This document shows positions 7,441 to 16,849 of a stretch of 64,000 bases of DNA, in pieces. Origin of the DNA: an uncultured Actinomycetes bacterium (GTDB taxonomy: Bacteria; Actinomycetota; Thermoleophilia; UBA2241); assembly GCA_963709345.1 (NCBI GenBank), contig CAVPVX010000011.1:422314-486313 (forward strand), written 5' to 3'. The notes under the pieces were generated by a model, which searched no databases, was not told the origin of the DNA, and worked only from the letters and a program-made list of their open reading frames with translations. How positions within the stretch are numbered: the stretch's first letter is position 1; every line of letters begins with the position of its first letter. The translations under genes were made by a program, and so were the position numbers.

Positions 7441-8517
7441 TCAGTCGCCGCCCTCCTCCTTCCGGCCTCCTGGGTGGCAGCGCACGCAGTCGGTGAGCGC
7501 CGCGAGCGGCCTGCCCTCGTGTTCGTCGAGGACGTTGGCCGTCGTGTGCTCGTGGCAGCCAAGGCAGGTGTAGGCGCGGGTGCCGTCCGGGTGGCACGTC
7601 CGGCAGGTGGCCCGTCGCTCCTCGCTGCCGTGGTCGAGGGGGAAGATGCTGTGGTCGAAGGTCACATCGTCCCACGCGCGGGCCGAGTGGCAGTCGCCGC
7701 ACTTCCGGCCGTAGGCGCCGTCGTGCTCGTCGTCCTCGGCGTGGCAGCCGTAGCACTCGCGGGGGGCGCTCCGGTACTCCCGACTGGTCCGCGCACCCTC
7801 GTGGCAGGCCTCGCAGGCGACGTCCGTGTGCTTGCCGGTGAGCCTGAAGGCGAACCGGTCGTGGTCGATGCGCGTGGCGCCCGTGCCGTCGTGGCAGGCC
7901 AGGCAGTCCCGGCCGAAGGCGGCCTCGTGATCGCGCAGGAAGGCCGCGTCCAGCCCCGTGTGGCAGTCCATGCAGACGGCTTGGTCGAAGCCGGTGTAGC
8001 CGCGCGAATGGCAGTCGGCGCACGTGAACGCGGCGCCCGACCCCGTCTTCCGGTGAGTCTGGAGCGAGAAGCCGGTGATCTCGTGCGTGGCGCGGAACGC
8101 GTTCTCGTCGAACGCCGTCAGCGGGCCGTAGGGACCGCCGTGCTCCGGGTGGCAGCCGTCACAGGCGGGTGAGGCGCGTAGGCCCTCGAGCCGGCCGTGG
8201 AGACCCTTGCCGCCGCTGATCTGCTCGCCGACGTCCGCGTGGCACGCCAGGCAAGCGTCGGCCATGCTCCGCGAACTCCATGGGGCGGGGTGGCAGGCGC
8301 CGCAGTCGTCACTGAGGCCGGCGTGGCTGGTCACGCCGCCGAGTGGCTTGGGCGAGGCGGCCGGGTCGTTCGCGAGGTCGGCGCTGGTCTGCGCGTTCAA
8401 GGGGCCGGGGCTGAAGAGGCTCTGCCCGTCGAGGAGTGTCACGGCGCCGGTTGCCACGATCACGACCGCAGCCGCCACGAGGCCGGTCGCGGAGAAGAAC
8501 CCCGGTCGGCGGCTCAC
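7441..8517 (-). CDS. Membrane-anchored/exported multiheme cytochrome c (12 CxxCH)
   Basis: 12 CxxCH motifs counted; N-terminal hydrophobic segment; SPGPL motif. Confidence 0.93.
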   Translation of the reverse strand: MSRRPGFFSATGLVAAAVVIVATGAVTLLDGQSLFSPGPLNAQTSADLANDPAASPKPLGGVTSHAGLSDDCGACHPAPWSSRSMADACLACHADVGEQISGGKGLHGRLEGLRASPACDGCHPEHGGPYGPLTAFDENAFRATHEITGFSLQTHRKTGSGAAFTCADCHSRGYTGFDQAVCMDCHTGLDAAFLRDHEAAFGRDCLACHDGTGATRIDHDRFAFRLTGKHTDVACEACHEGARTSREYRSAPRECYGCHAEDDEHDGAYGRKCGDCHSARAWDDVTFDHSIFPLDHGSEERRATCRTCHPDGTRAYTCLGCHEHTTANVLDEHEGRPLAALTDCVRCHPGGRKEEGGD

Positions 8518-8521
8518 ACCG

Positions 8522-9079
8522 TCACCGTCGCAGCGTCGCGTAGTAGAGAGCCGCCACGATGTGGATGATGGCGGCAGCGAACAAGGCCCACGTCAGCGGC
8601 AGGTGGACGAGGTGCCACAGCGCGAAGGCGCGCCGCCGGCCGGCGGCCGCAGGCGTGCGCGGCACGCGTGTGTAGAGGAACCGGCCCGTCAGGCCGCTGG
8701 CGACCACGAGAGCCGTCAGCAGCATCGCGAGTCCGGCGAGACCGCGCAAGCCCAGCGCCGTGTGCAGCAGCACCATGTAGGGGCCGACGAGGCCGGTCAC
8801 CATGTGGAAGCGGAGCCAGGACGCCGTGCTGCCCCAGCTCGCGTCGGAGCGCAGCTTGCGCAGCGAGTACAGCGTCGCGGTCATGAGTATGAGTACGAAC
8901 CCGGCCACGCCGATGCCGTGGCCGACCCATCCTGAGGCCGCGGGCCAGCGGCCGCCGAGCGCGAAGGCCGTCCCGTTGAGGGCGGTGACGGCGACGATGG
9001 CCGCGAGCGCATACCACAGCTCGCGGCCGCGGCCGGCCCGCGGCCGGGCCGGCGCAAGGCCGCTGTCAAGCACCGTCAT
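8522..9079 (-). CDS. Integral membrane protein with paired His (probable heme-b / ferric-reductase-like TM domain)
   Basis: Several TM helices; WLRFH...VLLH and WHLVHLP...IIH. Confidence 0.75.
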   Translation of the reverse strand: MTVLDSGLAPARPRAGRGRELWYALAAIVAVTALNGTAFALGGRWPAASGWVGHGIGVAGFVLILMTATLYSLRKLRSDASWGSTASWLRFHMVTGLVGPYMVLLHTALGLRGLAGLAMLLTALVVASGLTGRFLYTRVPRTPAAAGRRRAFALWHLVHLPLTWALFAAAIIHIVAALYYATLRR

Positions 9080-10406
9080 CGCCTCCTCCTCCGGCCATCC
9101 AGTCGGTCCACAGTCCGTTGATGATGTCGGCGATCGGCGCCTGCGGCGCCTCCAGCGCCGGGATCGCGCGCGAGACGTCCGCGCGCGCCTCGACTAGCTC
9201 CTGCAGGGCGCGCGAGAGCGTCTGGTCGCCCATCACGACGGCGCCGGCGATGGCGCGCCCGTCCAGCGCCAGGCGGATGTGCGCGTCGCCGCGCTGTGCC
9301 TCCACCACCTCCCGGTCGCGCAGATCCGACCAGGTCTGGCTGTCGCCTCGTGAGAGGCCTTGCAGGTCGGCGTCGGCGCCGCTGCCCACGCGGCCGATGA
9401 TCGTCGTGTGCAGCCCGGCGAGCCGAGTGACGTTGAGAGGGATGTCCTGGACATAGGTGCGCGGCCCGGCGCCGGGCCGCGCCGCCATGTTCGCGCCCGC
9501 CACCCGGCCCTTGCGCAGCGCGGTGTTCCAGAGCACGTGCAGGGTGCGCCGCCCGGTCTCGGGGTCCTTGGTCTCGGCGATGTCGCCGGCGGCGAACACG
9601 TCGGGGTCGCCGGCGCACAGGCGGTCGTCCACCAGCACGCCGCGGTCGCAGGGCAGTCCGGCGTCTCGCGCCAGCTCCGCCGCCGGCCGCACGCCGACGG
9701 CGAGGGCGACGACGCCGCAGGGGATCACGTCGCCGTCGACGGTCTCCACGGCCGCCACTCGTCCCTCGCGTCCGTGGATGGCCGCGAGCTCCGTGTGCGC
9801 GTGCACCTCGACCCCCTCACGTCGCAGCGCGGTCTCCACGATGCGCGACTCGGCCTCTGACAACACGTTGCTCCAGTACCGCTCGCGGCGCAGCAGGTAG
9901 TGGACGCGCATGCGGCGGGCCCGCAGTCCTTCGACGATCTCCAGAGCTGTGATGCCGCCGCCGACCACTACCGCGGCGCCGCCGGCCGCGCAGCGCCGAA
10001 CGATGTCGCGGCCGTCGTCCATCCCGTCGAGCGTCACGACGCCGTCGAGCTCTGCCCCGAGGACCTGGGGCCTGATGGCCTGCGACCCGGTGGCGAGCAG
10101 CAGACGATCGTAGGAGAGGCGCCGCCCACCCTGCAGCATCACGGTGTGAGCGGCCGCGTCCACCGCCACCGCCGTCTCGGTCACCCAGGTGACGCCGAGG
10201 CCACGCAGGTCGTCGGGGCCGAAGGGGAAGAGCAGGTCCCGGGGCAGCTCGCGACTGAGGTAGTAGGCTACTCCGGGTCGCGAGTAGTAGCCGTACGGGT
10301 CGGCGCAGACCACCGTGATCGCGGCGCCGTCGTCGGTGGCGCGGATCGTCTCGGCCGCCGCCACGGTGGCGGCTCCGCCGCCGACGAGTACGTGCCGGAC
10401 GGCCAC
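9066..10406 (-). CDS. NAD(P)H-dependent FAD oxidoreductase (NirB/rubredoxin-reductase-like)
   Basis: HVLVGGGAA, YDRLLLATGS, VVVGGGITALE, VFAAGDIAE; GTG start just after upstream stop. Confidence 0.9.
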   Translation of the reverse strand: MAVRHVLVGGGAATVAAAETIRATDDGAAITVVCADPYGYYSRPGVAYYLSRELPRDLLFPFGPDDLRGLGVTWVTETAVAVDAAAHTVMLQGGRRLSYDRLLLATGSQAIRPQVLGAELDGVVTLDGMDDGRDIVRRCAAGGAAVVVGGGITALEIVEGLRARRMRVHYLLRRERYWSNVLSEAESRIVETALRREGVEVHAHTELAAIHGREGRVAAVETVDGDVIPCGVVALAVGVRPAAELARDAGLPCDRGVLVDDRLCAGDPDVFAAGDIAETKDPETGRRTLHVLWNTALRKGRVAGANMAARPGAGPRTYVQDIPLNVTRLAGLHTTIIGRVGSGADADLQGLSRGDSQTWSDLRDREVVEAQRGDAHIRLALDGRAIAGAVVMGDQTLSRALQELVEARADVSRAIPALEAPQAPIADIINGLWTDWMAGGGGDDGA

Positions 10407-10407
10407 G

Positions 10408-10817
10408 TCAGCGGCTTCGGGCGGCGGTGGAGCCGATGGGTTCGAACCGCAGCAGCCCACGCGGGCAGCGCGCGACGCATTCGCCGCACGCGAGGCACCC
10501 GCCGTCGCTCACCGGCTCTCCTCGCCAGACGTACCGGCGCACGTCGATGCCCATGGGGCAGTTGAAGCTGCACACCCCACACTGCACGCAACGTATCGGC
10601 TCTGGAGCCACCCACGCGCCTGCCAGCGTCCGGTATTTCTCTCTGTCCGCCGTGAAGAGGCCCACTCCGGCATCGTATCCGGTACGCGCGCTCATCGCCA
10701 TCAATGCCGCACGCCATCCGGCCGCTCCGCCGGCGCGGACGCAGTCAGCTCGCCGATGCTCTCCCAGGACGCGTTGATCGCGAGCTGCTGCTCGAACACC
10801 GGTGAGTCGGTCATCAT
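10408..10817 (-). CDS. 2x[4Fe-4S] ferredoxin-like protein (start uncertain: 10701, or 10817 with a frameshift)
   Basis: CVQCGVCSFNCP and CLACGECVARCP; upstream frame MMTDSPVFEQQLAINASWESIGEL has an RBS and ends overlapping the ATG at 10701. Confidence 0.8.
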
Positions 10818-11059
10818 CGTCCATCCCCTCGTTGGTTCCGATGCCGTAGCCGCAGGTGATCACGCTGCCGTACCCGCTCGTCTACTTCACGGGGCGCGGC
10901 CCCGCCGCCCTGTCGCGTCCGCATCCCCGTGGGAACGCCCACGGCTCCGTGCCCATGTCCTCGAGTCCACGCTCCGTGGGGCGGCGAGGGGATGAAGTCG
11001 CGTTCCTTGGGTATGAAGGCGTCACGATGCCATGCCCGGTCGACAGGTGGAGGTGAGCG

Positions 11060-11135
11060 ATGAGCAAGAAGAAGGACAAGAAGAAGGACAAGAAGAAGGC
11101 ACAAGAAGGCCAAGAAGAAGAGCAAGAAGAAGTAG
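11060..11135 (+). CDS. Small lysine-rich peptide (probable 1-nt indel)
   Basis: GGAGGTG RBS; AAG-rich run; removing one base near 11100 gives MSKKKDKKKDKKKxKKAKKKSKKK*. Confidence 0.5.
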
Positions 11136-11147
11136 CGAAGTCGCCGG

Positions 11148-11183
11148 ACGGGGCGGGGCGGCCTGCGCGGCGCCCCGCCCCGT
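11148..11183. terminator. GC-rich hairpin between convergent genes
   Basis: ACGGGGCGGGGCG / CGCCCCGCCCCGT 13-bp stem; no U-tract. Confidence 0.5.
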
Positions 11184-11219
11184 ACTCGGCTCCGGAGCCG
11201 GGCAGGCCACCCAGCCCGG

Positions 11220-12191
11220 TCAGTCCTGCTCCAGCTCGCGCTGCGCGCGCAGATACGCGACGAGCAGGGAGTCGCGCTCCACTACCAGCTCGTCGTAGGT
11301 GCGCGCCCTCTTTTCGGCGGCGAGGCCGTCGGCGAGGGCCTCGCCCGTCTTCGGCGGGAACTCCGTCCAGGTCGCGAGGTCGCGCAGCATCCCCTCCTTG
11401 ACGGCGGCCAGGTGCTCCACGTGGCCGAGGATGCCCTCCTCGCCACCGCCCAGGTCGTAGAGCAGGTGCGGGCCCATGGCGGCCCAGCGCAGGCCGGGGC
11501 CGTAGGCGACGGCCTTGTCGACATCCTCCACGGTGGCGATGCCCCGGAGCACGAGGTCGACCGCCTCCCGCCACAGCGCCGCGGAGAGCCGGTTGGCGAT
11601 GTAGCCGGGCAGGTCGCGTGTGAGCTTGACCGGCTTCTTGCCGACGGCCGTGTAGAAGGCGGCCGCGCGCGCCATCGCCTCCGGCGAGGTCAGCGCGCCC
11701 GGGGCGAGCTCCACCAGCGGTACAAGGTGCGGCGGGTTGTACGGGTGGGCGGCGAGGCAGCGCTCCGGGTGTGCCGCCGCCGTCTGCATCTCGCTGATCG
11801 AGAGGCCGGAAGAACTCGTGCAGATGAGCGCCCCGACTGGCGCGGCCGCGCCGATCGCGGCGAAGACCGTGCGCTTGAGGGCCAGCTCCTCGCGCACGCA
11901 CTCCTGGACGTGGCTCGCGCCGTCGACGGCCGCGGCGAGGTCGGTCGTCGTGGTCAGGGCGGCCAGTCCGCGCTCGACGGCGTCCGGCTCGGCGAGGCCG
12001 CTGCCGGCGAGGAAGCGCGCCGCTGCCGCGCCGCGCTCGGCCGCGCCGGCAAGCCGCTCGCCGCTCACGTCGTGGATGCGCACCTCGAGGCCGGCGGCCG
12101 CGAAGAGCCCGGCCCAGCTGCCTCCGGTCAGGCCGGCCCCCACGACGGCCACGGGGCTGTGCGGCGCGCTCGATTGCTCTGTCGATCCCAT
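11220..12191 (-). CDS. 3-hydroxyacyl-CoA dehydrogenase family (L-carnitine dehydrogenase / crystallin-lambda-like)
   Basis: VAVVGAGLTGGSW, TSSSG, HPYNPPHLVPLVE, GYIANRL, GPGLRWAAMGP. Confidence 0.88.
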   Translation of the reverse strand: MGSTEQSSAPHSPVAVVGAGLTGGSWAGLFAAAGLEVRIHDVSGERLAGAAERGAAAARFLAGSGLAEPDAVERGLAALTTTTDLAAAVDGASHVQECVREELALKRTVFAAIGAAAPVGALICTSSSGLSISEMQTAAAHPERCLAAHPYNPPHLVPLVELAPGALTSPEAMARAAAFYTAVGKKPVKLTRDLPGYIANRLSAALWREAVDLVLRGIATVEDVDKAVAYGPGLRWAAMGPHLLYDLGGGEEGILGHVEHLAAVKEGMLRDLATWTEFPPKTGEALADGLAAEKRARTYDELVVERDSLLVAYLRAQRELEQD

Positions 12192-12262
12192 GGGGGCTCC
12201 CTTCGGTGGCTGGGGCGGATTCTAACGCGAGGCGGATCCGCAACGTGCTCGGCCCGCGCGTC

Positions 12263-12328
12263 GCGCCGGCCGCCGGTCAAGACGCGCGGCGCGCCGGCCG
12301 CCGGTCAAGACGCGCGGCGCGCCGGCCG
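12263..12328. repeat. 28-bp tandem repeat, 2 copies plus partial
   Basis: GCGCCGGCCGCCGGTCAAGACGCGCGGC at 12263 and 12291. Confidence 0.85.
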
Positions 12329-12531
12329 ACACGCGGGTGAGATCGCTGGGGATGGAGACAAGCCCTCGAGACCGGCGTCAGGCACGACCGGCCGCGAAAC
12401 GACGGGGCAGGCAGGTCCCGGCATGTCGATGGCGGGAGGAGATCATGGTGAGAGTGGATGAACGGGGAGACCACGAGTGCGGTGCGGGCCGGAGATAGAG
12501 GGCGGGGGCCGTCGCCGTCCTTCTTTCGGTC

Positions 12532-13092
12532 GTGCTGCTGCTTGCAGCGGCGCTGCTCGCGGTGGCGTGCGGAGACGAGGGTACCTCGTCGCCGAGTCCC
12601 ACCACCGCCGGCGCCTTCAGCGACTACCCGCCATTCAGCTTCGTGCCCTCCGAGGGCGGCGAGGCGACGGGCATCGCCGTCGACTACTGGAATCTCATGG
12701 CGTATCGGCTGGGCGTGGGGCTCGAGCTGACCCCGATCCTCTTCACCGAGCAGATCGAGGGGCTCAAGGACGGCCGCTTCGACTCGCTCACCGGCATCTT
12801 CCCGCTCCCCGAACGCGAGCAGTGGTTCGCGTTCTCGCGCGCCTGGTTCATGATCGACACGCGCATCTACACGGACGCCGGCCACACGGCCGACAAGACC
12901 CTGCAGGGCCTGAAGGGGCTCACCGTCGCCGTCGTCGCGGTGGGCAAGCCCGTGGCCGGCGGTGAGATGACGCTGCCGGTGCGCAAGGACGAGACGATGC
13001 TCCTCCAGATCACGAACAAGGGAATCTCCATGGTGGGCGAGGCCGAGTTCCAAGGCATCTACGAGACCTGCATGGGCGAGGGCGGGGACTGA
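12532..13092 (+). CDS. Amino-acid ABC substrate-binding lipoprotein (SBP_bac_3-like), short, probably internally deleted
   Basis: Lipobox LAVAC; DYPPFSF...ATGIAVD; LKDGRFD; appears to lack much of the second lobe. Start uncertain. Confidence 0.65.
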   Translation: MLLLAAALLAVACGDEGTSSPSPTTAGAFSDYPPFSFVPSEGGEATGIAVDYWNLMAYRLGVGLELTPILFTEQIEGLKDGRFDSLTGIFPLPEREQWFAFSRAWFMIDTRIYTDAGHTADKTLQGLKGLTVAVVAVGKPVAGGEMTLPVRKDETMLLQITNKGISMVGEAEFQGIYETCMGEGGD

Positions 13093-13149
13093 ACGGTGCG
13101 CGCGGTCCGAGCGGGACTGAGGAGGCCCGGGCGCCGGCCGCGGCGGTGA

Positions 13150-13191
13150 CGGCTGAGTCGCCGCGCCCGCCGGCTGAGTCGCCGCGCCCGC
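13150..13191. repeat. 21-bp tandem repeat x2
   Basis: CGGCTGAGTCGCCGCGCCCGC twice. Confidence 0.85.
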
Positions 13192-13277
13192 CGGCCGACT
13201 CCCGGGAGCGCCGTCGCGGGGCGATCCGCGTCGTGAGTACGCGGGAGGGGTCCGTCGGGGGTGTCGCTTCCGCCCGT

Positions 13278-13406
13278 GGCACCACTGCCGGCACCACTGC
13301 CGGCACCACTACCGGCACCGCTACCGGCACCACTGCCGGCACCACTACCGACGCTACTGCCGGCACCGCTACCGGCACCACTGCCGGCACCACTGCCGGC
13401 ACCACT
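13278..13406. repeat. 12-bp minisatellite, about 10.7 copies
   Basis: GGCACCRCTRCC units with one degenerate unit (GACGCTACTGCC). Confidence 0.92.
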
Positions 13407-13507
13407 CGTGGCCCTGCTTCTCGCGGCATCAGTCGCCGCGCACGGCGGGATGGCGGCACGCGGCGCCGGCGGCCGCGCACGTCACTCGCAGGCGCGGCGT
13501 CTCCCCG

Positions 13508-13945
13508 TCAGTCGTAGGCGCGCCGCGTCGCCTCGTCGGTCAGCACGTCCTTGATCCGCTGCTGCCACTTCACGGACTTCCAGGTGCCCAGTTCCTGATG
13601 CGTGTCGAAGTAGTTCTGGGGGATCGGGTGCGTCCCGATGACGACCTCGAGCCCGTACTTGGCGCCGAGGAACTCGTCGAACTCTCCGATGCGCGGGCAC
13701 GGCGGGTAGCCGACCACAAGGCCGGTGGCGAGGTGGATCACTTCGGCGCCGTTCTTCTTCATCTCCGCCGGGGCGTACTCGATGTTGCCGCCGGGGCAGC
13801 CGCCGCAGGTGGTGTAGCCGACCAGCTCGATCTCTTCGTCGCCGTAGCGCGCGAAGGCGCCCTCCCGGTCCCGCATGGCGCGCAGGCACTTGCCTCCCGC
13901 GCAGCGGTGATAGCGGTCGCAGATGACGATGCCTACCTTCTTCAC
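13508..13945 (-). CDS. CGGC-domain protein
   Basis: KVGIVICDRYHRCAGGKC...TTCGGCPG...GYPPCP; GAGGGAG RBS. Confidence 0.9.
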   Translation of the reverse strand: MKKVGIVICDRYHRCAGGKCLRAMRDREGAFARYGDEEIELVGYTTCGGCPGGNIEYAPAEMKKNGAEVIHLATGLVVGYPPCPRIGEFDEFLGAKYGLEVVIGTHPIPQNYFDTHQELGTWKSVKWQQRIKDVLTDEATRRAYD

Positions 13946-14065
13946 GTCGATCACTCCCTCGTGGAAATGTGTCACGTGGCGCTGCTGCTCCCGTGTCTAT
14001 CTCGCCGGCGTTGGGCGTGAGAGTAGGATGAGCAGGAGAGTCGGCTGACAAGGGACGGTGACGAC

Positions 14066-14866
14066 GTGACGGACCAGGATCCGCCGGTGCGCATCGCGCT
14101 CGTGCAGATGAGCCTCGCGGACGGTGACGAGGCTCGCAATCTGGCCGCGGCAGAGCACGGCGTGGCCGAGGCGGCGCAGGCCGGCGCGGGCATCGTCGTG
14201 CTCCCCGAGATGACGCTCACCGGCTTCCCCTACGACCGCATCGAGGCGCTCGCCGAACCGCTCGGCGGGCCGGGCGCCGCCGCCTTCGCGCGGATGGCCG
14301 GCGACCACGAGATCGCGGTCGTCGCCGGCCTGCCCCGGCGCGACGAGGGTGACGGCCGGGTCTTCAACACCACCATCGTGCTTGATCCGGCCGGAGACCT
14401 GCTCGCGACCTACGACAAGACCCACCTCTTCGATCAGGAGAAGACGGTCTTCGCGCCCGGGGCCACTCTCAACGGCGTGTTCACCTACCGCGGCGTCTCC
14501 TACGGCCTGCTCTGCTGCTTCGACATCGAGATGCCGGAGGCGGCACGCAAGCTCGCCCTGCTCGGCGCCCAGTGCCTGCTGGTGCCCAGCGCCAACATGG
14601 AGCCCTGGGGTCTGCATCACCGCATCTTCGCGCGCTCGCGCGCGCTCGAGAACCACGTCTTCGTCGCCTACTGCAACGGCGTCGGGCCTTGCGCCGGCGC
14701 GACGCTGGTCGGCGAGAGCTGCCTTGTCGACCCGCTCGGGAGCGTCCTGTGCGACGCGGGCGCCGGCGAGTCCGTCGTCTGGGGCGACGTGGACATGGCC
14801 GTCGCCCACGAGTCGCGCCGCGCCTACGACTACCTGCGCGAGCGACGGCCGGACCTGTATGGCTGA
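14066..14866 (+). CDS. Carbon-nitrogen hydrolase (nitrilase superfamily)
   Basis: E-K-C triad motifs VLPEM, YDKTHLF, LCCFDIEMPE; RALEN. Confidence 0.92.
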   Translation: MTDQDPPVRIALVQMSLADGDEARNLAAAEHGVAEAAQAGAGIVVLPEMTLTGFPYDRIEALAEPLGGPGAAAFARMAGDHEIAVVAGLPRRDEGDGRVFNTTIVLDPAGDLLATYDKTHLFDQEKTVFAPGATLNGVFTYRGVSYGLLCCFDIEMPEAARKLALLGAQCLLVPSANMEPWGLHHRIFARSRALENHVFVAYCNGVGPCAGATLVGESCLVDPLGSVLCDAGAGESVVWGDVDMAVAHESRRAYDYLRERRPDLYG

Positions 14867-14875
14867 GGTCTGATC

Positions 14876-15769
14876 ATGATCATGTCCATCCTGCCCGCCG
14901 TTGCGATCGTCGCGTCCGTCACCTGGGCGATCCTGCTGGTGCTCGCCCATCGCATGACCCCCGGGCAGGACGCGCTCAGCATGGGGATGAGCGGGCTCGT
15001 CCACGGGCGAGCGCGCGTGGTCATGAAGGCCGCGTTCTTGGCGCGGGGCGGCGCGGCACTGGCGCTCGTCGCGGCCCTGCCGGCTGTGGTACCTCGCGGC
15101 GGCCTGACGATCGCCGGCCTCGTTCTCTTCTGGCTCTGGGGAGCGGCATCGGCGCTGCTGGCGCTCTACGACACCGACATGCCCGGCGAGGCGCCGACCC
15201 GACAGGGTGTGGCGCACGCCGTCGCGGCCACTGTCGCGTACGTCGCCGGCGTCGCCGGGATGCTGGCGCTCTCGCTGGTGCTGCGCGGCGAAGCCGCGAC
15301 CGCCGGCGTCGCGCGATGGGCGCTGCTCATCGCGGCGGCGGCGGCGGTCGCCATGGTCGCGCAGTTCGCCGGCTTCGCCGCGGCGGCGCGCGTGGCGGGC
15401 GCCGCGCGCGAGTCTGGCGCGCCCGACCCGGCCGGTGGAGCGTCTGTGACGGCCGGCCCCGGCGGAGCGCCTCCGGCCGCCCCCGGTGGAGCGTCTGCGA
15501 CGGCCGGCCCCGGCGGAGCGCCTCCGGCCGCCGCCCCGGCGGCCGCCTCTGTGACGGCCGCTGCCGCCGGCCCGGCCGCGCCTCCTCAGCTGGCGGCCTC
15601 GGCCGGGAAGCCCGCGGCGCGCCGGTCACGCTCGTCGGGTTCCTCGCGCTCGTCGTCTCCCGCCGGCGCCTCCGGGCTCGAGGCCCTCGCTCCCTACGCC
15701 GGCCTGCTGCAGCGTGTCTGCGTCGCGCTCGTCATGCTGTGGGTCGTGGTCGTCGCTCTGGGCATCTGA
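14876..15769 (+). CDS. Membrane protein (DUF998-like) with low-complexity insert
   Basis: Multiple TM helices, H-containing helix, GLLQRV near C-terminus; Ala/Gly/Pro repeat insert. Confidence 0.6.
   Translation: MIMSILPAVAIVASVTWAILLVLAHRMTPGQDALSMGMSGLVHGRARVVMKAAFLARGGAALALVAALPAVVPRGGLTIAGLVLFWLWGAASALLALYDTDMPGEAPTRQGVAHAVAATVAYVAGVAGMLALSLVLRGEAATAGVARWALLIAAAAAVAMVAQFAGFAAAARVAGAARESGAPDPAGGASVTAGPGGAPPAAPGGASATAGPGGAPPAAAPAAASVTAAAAGPAAPPQLAASAGKPAARRSRSSGSSRSSSPAGASGLEALAPYAGLLQRVCVALVMLWVVVVALGI
15432..15533 (+). repeat. 51-bp in-frame tandem repeat x2
   Basis: Encodes GGASxTAGPGGAPPAA twice. Confidence 0.85.
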
Positions 15770-15829
15770 CAGCCGCCTACACCGGTCCGTCGAAGGGCCG
15801 TCGCCACCATCCGGCTCTCCCTCTCCCCG

Positions 15830-15892
15830 TGGACTCCACCGGCGCGAAGTCCTACGATGGCGGTAGCTCGCAGGCGGTGAGCGCGCTCACCG
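15830..15892 (+). promoter_or_regulatory. Promoter and perfect 18-bp operator palindrome
   Basis: TGGACT-N17-TACGAT (15830-15858); CGGTGAGCGCGCTCACCG at 15875-15892. Confidence 0.6.
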
Positions 15893-15942
15893 TGGGTGTC
15901 CGAAGTGGAGGGCAGCGCCATGAGCGACCAGGGGGCAGAGCC

Positions 15943-16833
15943 ATGACCTACGACGACGTTCGCGCGCGCCTCAACCTCCTTGCGGTTCTTCCCAACCTCG
16001 AGGACGTGGTGGCGGGCGACGCGGAGATGCAGGGGCTCGTGAGCGATGCCCGCATCACCGTCAAGTTCAACGTCGCCGGCGGGCCCAAGGCCTGGGTGCG
16101 CCTTGCCGGCGGCGTCTGTACGGTCGGCGAGGGCATCGGCCCGGGGAAGAGGGAGGCCGGCGCCGCAGGCGCTCCGGCCGAGGGGGGCGGAGCCGCAGGC
16201 CCCGCCGCCCCGTCCGTCCCGTCGGTCGTCCTCGCCTTCACGTCCGCGCGGCACCTCAACAGGATGTTCGACGGGTCGTCCCAGCCCGTGCCCGTCTGGG
16301 GCTTCAACCACCTCGGGTTCCTGCAGGGGCCGTTCAGCGAGCTCACCGACCGCCTGGCGTACTACCTCGCGCCCAGCGACGAGCTGCTTGCGCATCCCGG
16401 CTACCTGGCGATGAACACGCAGCTGACGATGAACACGGCGGCCTTCGCCGTGCCGCAGCTGCTGGCCGCCGACCCCGACTGCATGCCGCTGCGTCACGGC
16501 CTGGCGCACGGCACGATCGTGCTCAAGGTCCTGCCCGACGGCCCCGCCGTCAGCCTCGTCTGCGGGGCCTCAGGTGTGCTGCCCGTCAAGGGCGAGCTGC
16601 CGCACCCCAGCGCGCTCGTGCTGCTGCCGGGCCTGCAGGTCGCGAACGACTTTCTGAACGGCAAGCTCGACACGTTCGCCGCGGTCGCGAAGGGCGACAT
16701 CGCGATCTGGGGCCGTATCGGCCTGGTCGACACGCTCGGCCTGGTGCTCGACCGCGTGCCCAGGTACCTGGGGCCGGCGGGCGAAGCCGGCCCGGCGTCC
16801 GCATCGTCCACCGCGACCGCCGCCGCCGGCTGA
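15943..16833 (+). CDS. Hypothetical protein with SCP2-like lipid-binding domains
   Basis: C-terminal FLNGKLDTFAAVAKGDIAIWG resembles the SCP2 signature; similar layout to 19997-20923. Confidence 0.6.
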   Translation: MTYDDVRARLNLLAVLPNLEDVVAGDAEMQGLVSDARITVKFNVAGGPKAWVRLAGGVCTVGEGIGPGKREAGAAGAPAEGGGAAGPAAPSVPSVVLAFTSARHLNRMFDGSSQPVPVWGFNHLGFLQGPFSELTDRLAYYLAPSDELLAHPGYLAMNTQLTMNTAAFAVPQLLAADPDCMPLRHGLAHGTIVLKVLPDGPAVSLVCGASGVLPVKGELPHPSALVLLPGLQVANDFLNGKLDTFAAVAKGDIAIWGRIGLVDTLGLVLDRVPRYLGPAGEAGPASASSTATAAAG

Positions 16834-16849
16834 GGGAGGAGCGAACGCC

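Noticed and set aside
13010-13554. ORFs made of GTTA / PAPL / VVPA repeats
   Set aside because: Open frames arise from the 12-bp repeat; no RBS or recognisable domain.
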